A DNA stretch of 64,000 bases, taken from contig BK006939.2 in NCBI GenBank assembly GCA_000146045.2, positions 512,875 to 576,874 on the forward strand. Reading direction: 5' to 3'. Shown here one piece after another: positions 49,752-61,600 of this stretch. Position numbers and translations under genes: made by a program. Position 1 is the stretch's first letter, and each line of letters begins with the position of its first letter. The DNA is from TPA_inf: Saccharomyces. Its lineage: Eukaryota. A model generated the notes under the pieces. The model was not told the DNA's origin. It did no database searches and was given only the letters and a program-made list of their open reading frames with translations.

Positions 49752-52728
49752 GATACTGTTTACAGAACTCGATCATATACTAGAACCTTTGACTTCGGTA
49801 ATCAGCCCGCATCCTATGCTTTCATTTCCTTGGCGTATGTTACTGACTAGTTTCCTGGCTTAAAATAGGAGAATTCATCCTCTTAGTTATTTTCTTGGTG
49901 GACCACGTGCCTTGCTTAAAGCAGGGCGCTGCCGTTGTTGCAACAGCATTTTCAGACTTTCCTTTAGGTAAAAAAGGTCAACCAATAATTTTATTTTATT
50001 TCTGATGATGGTTGCGCGTTCCAAGAAAATCAAAACCTTGGGCCTCATCCTCTTCTAAGACGTATAATGCAATCAAGAAACCCTTCCCAAAACCTAATAA
50101 AGGCTTGTTATTAGTTTCAAATTCAGGCAGAACTCGACTTGGATCTTTTAAACTTTTAAAGTCGTAGAAAATAGGTGCATAATTAGCTAAAACAGAAGAG
50201 ACTCACCATTTGAATTATATAACTTTATTAATTCGAGTAAAACATCCATCAGGTATAGCGTGTTGCGGAAAGACTTTTTTTACTCTTATTGTAACAAATA
50301 TGTGTTACAATTTACCTGTAACCTTGTTCTGTATAAAATTTTCTCTCGTTGTCATATGCCAATCTTTATATAATTAATAGAAATTTAGGAGGAACACAAG
50401 AAGAGGGGTAGATCCCGACAAGCCTTAACATACAGACGTAAAATTACTCGCAAATTTGCGAACCACTTGGTCAGGTGCGGTACGTAAAACGAAGATTTGT
50501 ACAATAAAAATATTGTTGGTTTAGCTAGATTATATTCTCCGATGATTTTTTAACTTCGATTTCCATCAAATTTTATATTAGACAGTAATGGAGTTTCAAT
50601 TTCGAAGTCACTTCACTTGAAGCTGAATTATACTAAAAAAATTTTCTTTTACTTGATTTATTGCTCTGCAGTGTCTGATAGTGTAATGGCGGATAATGCA
50701 AAGAAGAGTAAAGGGAAGATATTTTATTTCTTTGATTATACAAAATTTTTAACTTGTATGTGATCCCTGTCTTTAATATCGTTTCATTATACAAACTAAC
50801 TACAGAAATAGCTAAATGAGTGATTACTGTGCCATCATTTTGACTTCAAAGATCATCTATATCTTGATATAACATCTACCTGTCGAAAGTAAGATCATCC
50901 CTTTGCGGGCATGTAAGGTGTAAGATATAAGAACAAACAATTGCTAGAAAATAGCTTTGAATGAATGTTAAAAGGGACTGAACTTAGAAGTGTGCGATTT
51001 TCTGTTTTCAAAATTTGCCCAAAGCGCTTCTTTTCTTTTTAAGAATTGTATAGATGTAATTATTTAACGGATGTCTGACATTATTGAACCTTCCTAACTC
51101 CACAAAAATAACCAACGGGACCTCTACCTTACTAAACCACTTCCCGCCCCATTAACTAACCAGCATAACCTAGACAATACAAGGAAATGTACTTCGAAAT
51201 TTTAAGGTAAACGCAATTCTTGTCACAATATAAAGCTCTCACTGTGCTCATACACTGCTTCGATAATAAAAACCAAATGGTTTCTACTAAAACATAGCAA
51301 GCCTCACAAGATATAGAGATCACACACCATTGAAAAAGAAAGTTCAGCAAGTTTGCTGGAGGTTGCAAAGAGACTAACGAAGGGCTTTCATAACGACATT
51401 TTACAGTTATTGATAAAAGAATGCTTTTACGACAGCAGAACCTATTGGTTTGAAGAAGATAGAGGTCTAGTAGTATATTGTTGCTTTAATGATTCAAACT
51501 CTTAACAATGTGGGCAAATATGCGTATGATTTCGTTCTGGGAAAGGATAGTAAGAAGCCTTTTTGATTACAAAACCGTGAAAGACGGTTTAGCAGCTTTT
51601 ACAGGAAACCTGCTTTACCTTAGCCAGTGTTTTCTCATCTTCAAAAAAAAGTATTGTACGCAACTCTTCCATCTAGCAGAGCTCCCGCTCTTTTTCAAAC
51701 AAGTTTCATTATATTTATTCTTAATAATTTTGGTATCATCGAGGTGAGGTCTTCGTTGTTTCAACACCAGCTATTTTTCAGCGGCTTACAATTACGTAGT
51801 TCTATTAACGAATACACTGGGAGGTGAGTATAATCATGGACTGTAACACTATACGACTCCAACACGTTATATGTATCAGTTATATATATATATTATATTA
51901 TTTTGGGAAGAGTAGCATTGCTTTTGAAAGTACACGGGGTTTACTTTGGCTCATAGAATGGGTCTGGATATGAAATTCTGAAATATTCAGATTTTGGAGT
52001 ACTGAAAATATTTAGCAAGAATTTCAAATATTAGTTAGTAAACCAAACCAAGGCATCTGAACTTGAACCTCCATAACTCGCTTTCTAACATAATGAGCTT
52101 GTATGACATAATATTATAGAACTCGAGGTTAACCTTTAAATATAAATATAGTAATCTTCATGATAATAATTTCAGGGTAGTGCGCGTATTTGTCGAAAAA
52201 ACGCAAAATGACAGAAATTCTATGTTTACTGACTTTAGATTTTGTTTTAGATCAATTGGCGGAAAAAGGACGCAGTCTGTAACTTTGATTGGCATCTTGA
52301 TTTGATTTGTTGGGTGGTTCTCTTACAATCAATGGTTTATTTCATGGAAAGCTTGATGACATGTGATAGCACACCATGCTAATTAGTGAAAAGAGTCCTT
52401 GTTGACTTACCACATGTGCAGCCGCCTTTTACCGTGGTGCGAAGCATATTGAGCGGCCTGGAGACCAAGAATGTCAGGGCCTTTAAACAATAGAAGAAGT
52501 GTATAGGAAAAAACTAAGGTGTTTTGAGATATTTTTTATAAAAGTAGTATTTCTTAAAAATCAGCGGGGAGCCATTCTTTGAAGGCGCGCTTGCAAATTT
52601 TAGGTATTGGGCTTGATTATTTTGGCAAGTGTCATGCATTGTAACAAATCTATATAAAGTGACAATTCTGGAACACTGTATCGTAATCCCAAATAATGTA
52701 TGTAGAATAGAAAAAAATATATGAAAAA

Positions 52729-53781
52729 ATGAATAGATCATACACAGACGACATGAATAGCAGCCCTCCAAATTACTTGACAACAAGGACGTTTAGAATC
52801 GTTAGATTGTTTGCAATAATTTTTGCACTGCTTTTGGTAGCGTACTCATTATTTTTAAGCACACTTAGAACTGGAGCTATACCTGACCGCGCCAACACTG
52901 CTGCTCTAGTACGGCGAGCTAGGTGATCATTTGCGACTGGATTAGGACTAGGAGGATTTTTAATTGCTGCAGCCGCTTATGCTACTCCTTACTGGGTCGC
53001 AGCAACCTGTATCGCATCCACTAGCGGAATATGTTCACCTATAGCTGGTGCTGTTTTAGCAACTTCAGCAGTTATAGTTGCAGCAGTTTTAGTGGGAAAG
53101 AGTTCTGGCTCAGCAACAAAGCGAGGGTTAAGTGAGACTATTAATGTACTGAATCATACTATAACACTCACTGATCATGTGCTCAATGGGCAAACATTGT
53201 CTAATGGTACTGGTAGTAATTTTGTTACAATAGAGTTTAGTGGGTATGCAGTACATGACACTATTAAACGTGACGGTGCTGCTGAGATCAACTTTGTGGG
53301 GTATACTACGGAGCATGGAACCCACATCAGCACGAGTAGCGTACATAATGTGAGCATGCTCATCGATCAAATCGTGGCAGCGGTACCAGGGGTACCTGAT
53401 ATAAGTGGCAACGCTTCGGCCCTATCGTTACAGAGACGCAGTCAAGAGTTCGCCACCTCATGGATATCAATGACATATAGTCAGAGTTATGGTGACCTGG
53501 CACAGAACTGGCAGAATGACGAAGGTGGAGCAGGAAATTTTGATTCTTATGCTGAAGAGAAGTTACAGAATTTCTTTTCAGGTAATAGGGATTGGAAATA
53601 CTGCTTTGCTGCTGAGGACACGAAAAACGGTGAGCCACTTGATTACGATGACATACCTGGTGACGGTGCAGGCACGGGTTCGGCATTCAAGTCTGAGATA
53701 TATTTTAACACTTACGGTGGTATAGATAATTATTGTAATGACGAGCATATCGGTGCTCAGAACACTGGAGATGGTCGATAA
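52729..53781 (+). pseudogene. KHS1 killer-toxin-like locus: a 351-codon frame opened by ATG at 52729 and interrupted by a single in-frame TGA (52924-52926); the annotated remnant YER187W is 53356-53781
   Basis: Frame 1 runs uninterrupted from ATG 52729 to TAA 53781 except for one TGA; the translated segment after the TGA is hydrophobic ([45 protein letters not shown]); the C-terminal 141 aa equals YER187W. Confidence 0.6.
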
Positions 53782-53825
53782 AGCTTTACGCCTGTCGCTG
53801 AATTGACTGACCCGAAATTAAGAAC

Positions 53826-54076
53826 TGTTGACGTAGTGAATTACGATCTAGTTTATATGTCATAATGTAGTAAGTTTATTGGACCCTTCTATATGTTATG
53901 TAAATGTAATAATTACATAGTTACTGCTTTTGTACATAGAAACTATAGTTTCTTAAGTACTACCGGATTAGAGGTTTGCTACTATATGTTTTCCTTGTCT
54001 CAAGCATTACTGAAACAACTCTGAAACAATACTAAAACATTACTCATATCATGCTTTTGGGTTACCACATTCAACA
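53826..54076 (-). mobile_element. Ty5-type solo LTR, 251 bp, inverted orientation (TGTTG...CAACA termini)
   Basis: Plus strand begins tgttgacgtagtgaattacgatctag and ends ccacattcaaca, the reverse complement of a TGTTGAATGTGGTAACCCAAAAGCATG...CACTACGTCAACA element; 251 bp; flanks agaac/ataac. Confidence 0.65.
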
Positions 54077-55165
54077 ATAACTCGAATACATTTATAAAAA
54101 AAACAAAACTAAGGTACAAAACACACACCACACCACATACGCGCTGATTGGTTTTATGGAAGCTAATAGTTCAGACATAGCTCAGAAAAATAATAATAAG
54201 TATTATCAAATATAACTCATCTGGTTACATGCTAAGTTCTTGTCAAGTGATATAGCGTTATCTTTATTATTGAATTAAATTCTATAATTAGAATTCGACT
54301 ACACCAACTAATGACTCTAAAAAATATGTGATTGCCCTTCAAGATTGCATTATTTCTCAATGCATTACATACATAGAGTATACTAGATACAGATAGATGA
54401 TTGTAAGTGTTGGAACAAGATTCAATTATCATCCTATTTATTGCGATAGACGCACTACTTGAGAGTGATATACTTACTTATGCTACTGCATTCAAAGAGT
54501 ACCACTAAACAATCTCAACAGAATCAATCAGACTTTTTTTTGCCACAAAAACTTTTAACGATGTCCTTTGGCAGTACTGTATTTTGAGATTAAAGGCGTT
54601 CAGTCAATAAAAAATCTAAATTCTTGTTCATTTTCAGTTCTGGTATTTTTTTCATATTAATGATGGGGTGGCTCTGGAGGCTCATTTTTCCCACTGAAGA
54701 TCGCTGGTAATTTCGTTCGTATGTTTTAAAGAGAACTATATCCTGTCGCCAATTATGTGCAGTTGATGAGAAAACTAAGATAGAAATAAGTAGGGATGGA
54801 ACCAGGATCCACAAGAAGCGCGTTTAGCCGATCCGGCTTATCAGGTACGAGAAGCAGTATTATTAAGTAAGAAAGCGCGCAGGAAAGCGGCCTTTTGAAA
54901 GCACGTCTGCAGACATCTCACGACACATTCCCAAATAGGGCCCTGCTAAAAAAAAAGCAGCAGAGCGTACGTTGCCTGGGAAGCATGGTTTAGCGTGTTG
55001 CTATATTATGGTAAGGGGGGTGGTCAGTATACGTTGTGCTGACTGCCAGAGAATATCCTTATTCACAATTATTTGTTGAGTTTGATACTTATTTACAGAG
55101 ACTATATATAATGACACTTTTGGAATACAGTATCGCTACTCAATATCATAAAAAAAGTAACAATA

Positions 55166-55885
55166 ATGATGCCTACCTACCTAGGAAAGTTAACGTGGTC
55201 ATACTTTTTTACCACTTTAGGACTAGCTTGTGCTTACAACGTAACAGAACAAATGGAATTTGATCAGTTCAAATCAGATTACCTTGCCTGTCTCGCACCA
55301 GAACACAGAAACATTGTAGTCGATTTGGCTAGTAATGGATTCATAACAATTTCACCGATGGCGAATGCAACAATTGACTTTGAGGATGTAACTAGTGATT
55401 ATTTTAACTGCACTGACGTCAATACTAACGTACAGGTTACGATCGCGTCATTTTACAATGAATACGGTTTTGGGCCCGATGATAACGGCTATTATCACGC
55501 TATGGAAGAACCCTCAGAATTTGAACGGCATGACATGGATGTTAGGCTCTACAGACCATACTATCCAGGTGAGTTTGTCATGGGAAGACGTTCAGATGCA
55601 CTTGGAGTGACTGGTTTTGACCAAAAGGACTGCGCAGGTGAGGGTTTTTACGACGAACAAACTGCAGCAACGTCATGTCAAAATATAGGCTCCACTCAGT
55701 ACGCCAAGTCGGTCAGGTCTTATAACTATGGATGCTGCGGCGGGGCGGTCTGGATCAGGATTTGGCCGCATCACAATTGTTCAAAAGGTCATGATCACCA
55801 TTTCAAGATAAGGCCAGGCCAGATGCTATGCTGGAATGTCAACCCATATTCTTGGATGCAACCAGAATCCGGATGGAATCCGTAA
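55166..55885 (+). CDS. secreted-type Cys/Trp/Tyr-rich subtelomeric protein with N-terminal signal peptide, 239 aa (YER188W)
   Basis: ATG ORF of 239 aa; hydrophobic N-terminus MMPTYLGKLTWSYFFTTLGLACA; several N-x-S/T sites; about 10 Cys. Confidence 0.7.
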   Translation: MMPTYLGKLTWSYFFTTLGLACAYNVTEQMEFDQFKSDYLACLAPEHRNIVVDLASNGFITISPMANATIDFEDVTSDYFNCTDVNTNVQVTIASFYNEYGFGPDDNGYYHAMEEPSEFERHDMDVRLYRPYYPGEFVMGRRSDALGVTGFDQKDCAGEGFYDEQTAATSCQNIGSTQYAKSVRSYNYGCCGGAVWIRIWPHHNCSKGHDHHFKIRPGQMLCWNVNPYSWMQPESGWNP

Positions 55886-55916
55886 CGAATAGGATTCTGG
55901 ACATACGTTAGGTTCT

Positions 55917-56149
55917 TGTCGAATGTGATAACCCAAAAGCATGGTACAAGTGATGCTTCTTTTTTGTGTCGGTAATACACAAGGAGAACATATAGTGATA
56001 AACCTCTAACCCACTATTACTTAAGAAACCCTAGTTTCTATGCACAAAAGTAGAACCCTATATATCTTATATTTGTATTACATATATAAATGTCCAGTAA
56101 ACTTACCACATTATGACATATAAGCTAGATCGTAATTCACTACGTCAAA
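55917..56149 (+). mobile_element. Ty5-type solo LTR (about 233 bp, slightly deleted), direct orientation; inverted partner of 53826-54076
   Basis: tgtcgaatgtgataacccaaaagcatg ... cattatgacatataagctagatcgtaattcactacgtcaaaa; its reverse complement aligns along the full length with the 53826-54076 copy. Confidence 0.65.
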
Positions 56150-56762
56150 ATTACATTATGGGAGTGAAAGTATAATGGAGCACCCGTGTGAGTATGTGCT
56201 TGTTGACGTTAACGAGGATGAACAAACGACAAATAGATTCGACGTATTGAAGTACTTCTTGGCCACTTTTCATCTTCTGACGCGGTGAGCTTTTAAGAGC
56301 CCTTCTTTTTCGACTGGCCACGTGAGAAGACATACAGTTCAGCTTACATAGCTTTGGCCCATACAATACCTATGTGCCCCAAACCGCAGAGACGATTAGC
56401 ACACCTTTTTACCTGCACCACAGTCATTTCTCGATAATGGTGAAAACACAGTGATACCACCGCACAGCAAAGGTGCTGCCAATGGACTTGAAATATTTTA
56501 TGGAGTGCGAATAAAAAAATGCTCATGGACTCGAATATGAGATGCAAAGCCACCCTGTGCAAAATGGTTATCCTTGTGGGAGAGTGTTACGACAGTGATG
56601 TGGCATATTATTCTAATGTATGGTCTGTGTAAGTACGAAATATTCTGAAATGGCATCCGTTCAAGCAATGGTAATATTAAGGAACTTATACGTTAATGAC
56701 GTCATGGTGGTATTGATACGTAATTGAGTGTGTTTATGTATTATCGTTGAAGGATAGAATAT

Positions 56763-56773
56763 TTTTATGTTTA
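56763..56773 (+). promoter_or_regulatory. ARS consensus sequence (ACS) TTTTATGTTTA, an 11/11 match to WTTTAYRTTTW
   Basis: Direct read at 56763-56773. Confidence 0.6.
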
Positions 56774-56981
56774 GGTGATTTTAGTGGTGATTTTTTTGTA
56801 ATATTGACATAAGTGTATATAAATTGAGTGGATAGTAGATGGTGAAAAAGTGGTATAACGTATGTATTAAGGGCAGTTATACAATATTTGGGGCCGCCGA
56901 ATGAGATATAGATATTAAAATGTGGATAATCGTGGGCTTTATGGGTAAATGGCACAGGGTATAAACCGCTGAGGCAAGTGC

Positions 56982-56994
56982 CGTGCATAATGAT
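56982..56994 (-). promoter_or_regulatory. Abf1 site ATCATTATGCACG (RTCRYN5ACG)
   Basis: Plus strand reads cgtgcataatgat; its reverse complement matches the Abf1 consensus. Confidence 0.5.
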
Positions 56995-57199
56995 GTGAGT
57001 GCATTTGTACTGATTTAGTGAGAGATGGGCCATGGAGTGGAATGTGAGAGTAGGGTAAGTTTGAGAGTGGTATACTGTAGTAGCATCCGTGTGCGTATGC
57101 CATATCAGTATACAAGTGAGGGTGAGTATGGCATGTGGTGGTGGGATTGGAGTGGTAGGGTAAGCACGTGTGTATTATTTACGATCATTTGTTAACGTT

Positions 57200-57470
57200 T
57201 CAATATGGTGGTAGAACAACAGTATAGTGAGTAGGACATGGTGGATGGTAGGGTAATGGTAGGGTAAGTGGTGGTGGAGTTGGATATGGGTAATTGGAGG
57301 GTAACGGTTATGGTGGACGGTGGGTTGGTGGTAGGAAGTAGAGGGATGGATGGTGGTTGGGGTGGTATGGTTGAATGGGACAGGGTAACGAGTGGACAGT
57401 AGGGTAATGGAGGGTAAGTTTGGAGACAGGTTGGCGAGGGTTAGATTAGGATAGCATATCTATGTCACCT
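57200..57470 (+). repeat. X-element subtelomeric repeats / internal G-rich tract with TAGGG(T/A)A-like units
   Basis: Repeated gtagggtaa, gagggtaa, ggttagattagg and GGTG-rich runs on the strand running 5'->3' toward the chromosome end. Confidence 0.6.
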
Positions 57471-58280
57471 TATTGCATGCTGGATGGTGTTAGACAAGGC
57501 CGTAGGGACATATAGCATCTAGGAAGTAACCTTGTACGAAAATAGGCAATATTTCCTGTTTGACGCAGATTTTAGCCCAAAGATCTAGCGTTAAGGAATT
57601 TTTTTATAGTGGGACATTGCAAACCAAGGAAGTAACTTGATACGTCGTTGGTGAATGGGTCTGTTTTCTTATTCGGCGGGGTAATACATTTTGAGGGAAG
57701 GTTGTCTGTCTGACGCGCCATATGTAGGTACGCCAAAAAGGGCTCCTTTACTTCGAAGCGCGAGGTCGTATACCTAATAAGGAAATGTAATTTATAACTT
57801 TTTATTATATTGGTCTTTTCGAGAGCGGAAGAAGTTGTAGGCTAAGCGCAGGCTAAGCGTAGGTCCATGTTTAAAGTATCCAAGAGAATATCCACGAAGC
57901 GGCTGAGCAACGAACAGAATCCTGGTTCTCCTCGACTAAGCAGATAGTTAAGATACTGTGCACCATGGAAATTGAAAACGAACGTACGTACCGACTACTT
58001 TATTTTTGCAGGCCGGAAATCAAGCGATGAATGAGACATCCTTCTGTTTTCTATGTTGTGCTTGAAGGGGACAGACAGTCGCTTATCTTAGTGAGATTTT
58101 GTTTGCTTTTGCTGCACCTGCATAGCGCAGATTCTGCATCTTCTCAATAGCTTAATTATTACATTCTTAGATGATGATAAGACGGAAACTGGAGAATCTT
58201 TTGTTTATATTGATGGATTTCTTGTCAAAAAGCATAACAATCAACATACTATTGTTAATTTCGAAACTTACAAAAATAAA

Positions 58281-58649
58281 ATGAAAGTTTCCGATAGGCG
58301 TAAGTTTGAAAAAGCAAACTTTGACGAGTTTGAGTCGGCTCTAAATAACAAAAACGACTTGGTACATTGTCCCTCAATAACTTTATTTGAATCGATCCCC
58401 ACGGAAGTGCGGTCATTCTACGAAGACGAAAAGTCTGGCCTAATCAAAGTGGTAAAATTCAGAACTGGTGCAATGGATAGGAAAAGGTCTTTTGAAAAAA
58501 TTGTCATTTCCGTCATGGTCGGGAAAAATGTACAAAAGTTCCTGACGTTTGTTGAAGACGAACCAGATTTCCAGGGCGGACCAATCCCTTCAAACAAACC
58601 ACGTGATGGTCTACACGTTGTTTCAAGTGCATACTTTGAAATTCAATAG
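58281..58649 (+). CDS. Y' element ORF1 fragment, 122 aa (YER189W); overlaps the YRF1-2 start in another frame
   Basis: ATG ORF of 122 aa immediately upstream of, and overlapping, the helicase ORF. Confidence 0.55.
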   Translation: MKVSDRRKFEKANFDEFESALNNKNDLVHCPSITLFESIPTEVRSFYEDEKSGLIKVVKFRTGAMDRKRSFEKIVISVMVGKNVQKFLTFVEDEPDFQGGPIPSNKPRDGLHVVSSAYFEIQ

Positions 58650-61600
58650 AAAGGATTACGATACCCTTTCTCTTTTTTACCTCAACAGAGGATACTATAA
58701 TGAGTTGAGTTTCCGTGTCCTGGAACGTTGTCACGAAAAAGCGAGTGCTAGGCCGAACGACAGCTCTACGATGCGTACTTTCACTGACTTTGTTTCCGGC
58801 GCACCTATTGTAAGGAGTCTTCAGAAAAGTACCATAAGGAAATATGGGTACAATTTGGCACCCTACATGTTTTTGTTACTACACGTAGATGAGCTATCGA
58901 TTTTTTCTGCATACCAAGCAAGTTTACCTGGCGAAAAGAAAGTCGACACAGAGCGGCTGAAGCGTGATCTATGCCCACGTAAACCCACTGAGATAAAGTA
59001 CTTTTCACAGATATGTAACGATATGATGAACAAAAAGGACCGATTGGGTGATATTTTGCATATTATCTTGCGAGCATGTGCGCTCAATTTCGGGGCGGGT
59101 CCCCGTGGTGGCGCTGGTGACGAAGAGGATCGATCCATTACGAATGAAGAACCCATTATTCCCTCTGTGGACGAGCATGGCTTGAAAGTATGTAAGTTGC
59201 GCAGTCCTAACACTCCACGAAGACTCAGAAAAACACTAGATGCCGTGAAAGCTTTATTGGTGTCGTCTTGTGCTTGTACCGCAAGGGATTTAGATATATT
59301 TGATGACAACAACGGCGTTGCGATGTGGAAATGGATCAAAATTCTGTACCACGAAGTAGCGCAGGAAACCGCGCTGAAGGACTCTTATAGAATAACTTTG
59401 GTACCTTCTTCTGATGGTGTATCAGTATGTGGAAAACTGTTTAATCGCGAGTATGTCCGCGGCTTTTACTTTGCATGCAAGGCTCAGTTTGATAACCTTT
59501 GGGAAGAATTGAACGACTGCTTTTATATGCCTACAGTGGTTGATATTGCCAGCCTCATTTTGCGTAATCGAGAAGTTTTGTTCAGAGAGCCAAAGCGAGG
59601 AATTGACGAGTATCTGGAGAACGATTCTTTCCTTCAAATGATACCTGTTAAATATCGTGAAATTGTGCTGCCCAAGTTGAGAAGAGATACTAACAAAATG
59701 ACCGCGGCTCTTAAAAATAAAGTCACTGTTGCAATTGACGAGCTTACGGTGCCACTTATGTGGATGATCCATTTTGCCGTAGGATACCCTTACCGTTATC
59801 CAGAGCTTCAGCTACTCGCTTTTGCCGGTCCTCAGCGCAACGTATACGTCGATGATACAACAAGACGCATCCAACTGTACACTGATTACAACAAGAACGG
59901 TTCATCGGAGCCTCGACTTAAGACGCTTGACGGACTCACTTCAGATTACGTGTTTTATTTTGTCACTGTGCTAAGGCAAATGCAAATATGTGCGCTTGGT
60001 AACAGTTATGACGCTTTTAATCATGATCCTTGGATGGATGTGGTGGGATTTGAGGATCCAGATCAAGTAACAAATCGAGACATTTCGAGGATAGTTTTGT
60101 ATTCCTACATGTTTCTGAATACCGCGAAGGGCTGTCTGGTTGAATACGCAACTTTTCGGCAGTACATGAGGGAACTTCCGAAGAATGCACCTCAGAAGCT
60201 GAATTTTCGGGAGATGCGTCAGGGGTTGATTGCCCTAGGACGGCACTGCGTAGGTAGCAGATTTGAAACAGATTTGTACGAGTCGGCGACGAGTGAACTC
60301 ATGGCCAATCATTCCGTTCAAACAGGGCGAAATATTTACGGTGTGGATTCCTTTTCGTTAACTAGTGTCAGTGGGACGACCGCCACTTTATTGCAGGAAC
60401 GAGCTTCCGAGCGCTGGATTCAATGGTTAGGCCTTGAAAGCGACTACCATTGTTCATTCTCTAGTACTCGGAATGCGGAAGACGTAGTGGCAGGTGAGGC
60501 GGCGAGTTCAGATCATCATCAAAAAATTTCAAGAGTAACGCGAAAAAGGCCCCGAGAGCCCAAGAGTACAAACGATATCCTCGTCGCAGGCCAGAAACTC
60601 TTTGGCAGCTCCTTTGAATTCAGGGACTTGCATCAGTTGCGCTTATGTCATGAAATATACATGGCAGACACACCCTCTGTGGCAGTACAGGCCCCACCGG
60701 GCTATGGTAAGACGGAGTTATTTCATCTCCCCTTGATAGCACTGGCGTCTAAGGGCGACGTGAAATATGTGTCGTTTCTGTTTGTACCGTACACAGTGTT
60801 GCTTGCTAATTGCATGATCAGGTTGAGCCGATGCGGTTGCTTGAATGTGGCCCCTGTAAGAAACTTTATTGAAGAAGGTTGCGATGGCGTTACTGATTTA
60901 TACGTGGGGATCTACGATGATCTTGCTAGCACTAATTTCACAGACAGGATAGCTGCGTGGGAGAATATTGTTGAGTGCACCTTTAGGACCAACAACGTAA
61001 AATTGGGTTACCTCATTGTAGATGAGTTTCACAACTTTGAAACGGAGGTCTACCGGCAGTCGCAATTTGGGGGCATAACTAACCTTGATTTTGACGCTTT
61101 TGAGAAAGCAATCTTTTTGAGCGGCACAGCACCTGAGGCTGTAGCTGATGCTGCGTTGCAGCGTATTGGGCTTACGGGACTGGCCAAGAAGTCGATGGAC
61201 ATCAACGAGCTCAAACGGTCGGAAGATCTCAGCAGAGGTCTATCCAGCTATCCAACACGGATGTTTAATCTAATCAAGGAGAAATCCGAGGTGCCTTTAG
61301 GGCATGTTCATAAAATTTGGAAGAAAGTGGAATCACAGCCCGAAGAAGCACTGAAGCTTCTTTTAGCCCTCTTTGAAATTGAACCAGAGTCGAAGGCCAT
61401 TGTAGTTGCAAGCACAACCAACGAAGTGGAAGAATTGGCCTGCTCTTGGAGAAAGTATTTTAGGGTGGTATGGATACACGGGAAGCTGGGTGCTGCAGAA
61501 AAGGTGTCTCGCACAAAGGAGTTTGTCACTGACGGTAGCATGCGAGTTCTCATCGGAACGAAATTAGTGACTGAAGGAATTGACATTAAGCAATTGATGA

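Larger units (their letters stand above)
56700..57200. repeat. subtelomeric core X element (approximate bounds)
   Basis: Perfect ACS plus an Abf1 site, followed by TAGGG-like repeats; the dubious ORF YER188C-A (56734-57033, minus) lies inside, as is typical of core X. Confidence 0.5.

Noticed and set aside
56734-57033. 99-aa minus-strand ORF (YER188C-A-like)
   Set aside because: It lies inside core X over the ACS and Abf1 region and is a classic spurious subtelomeric ORF.
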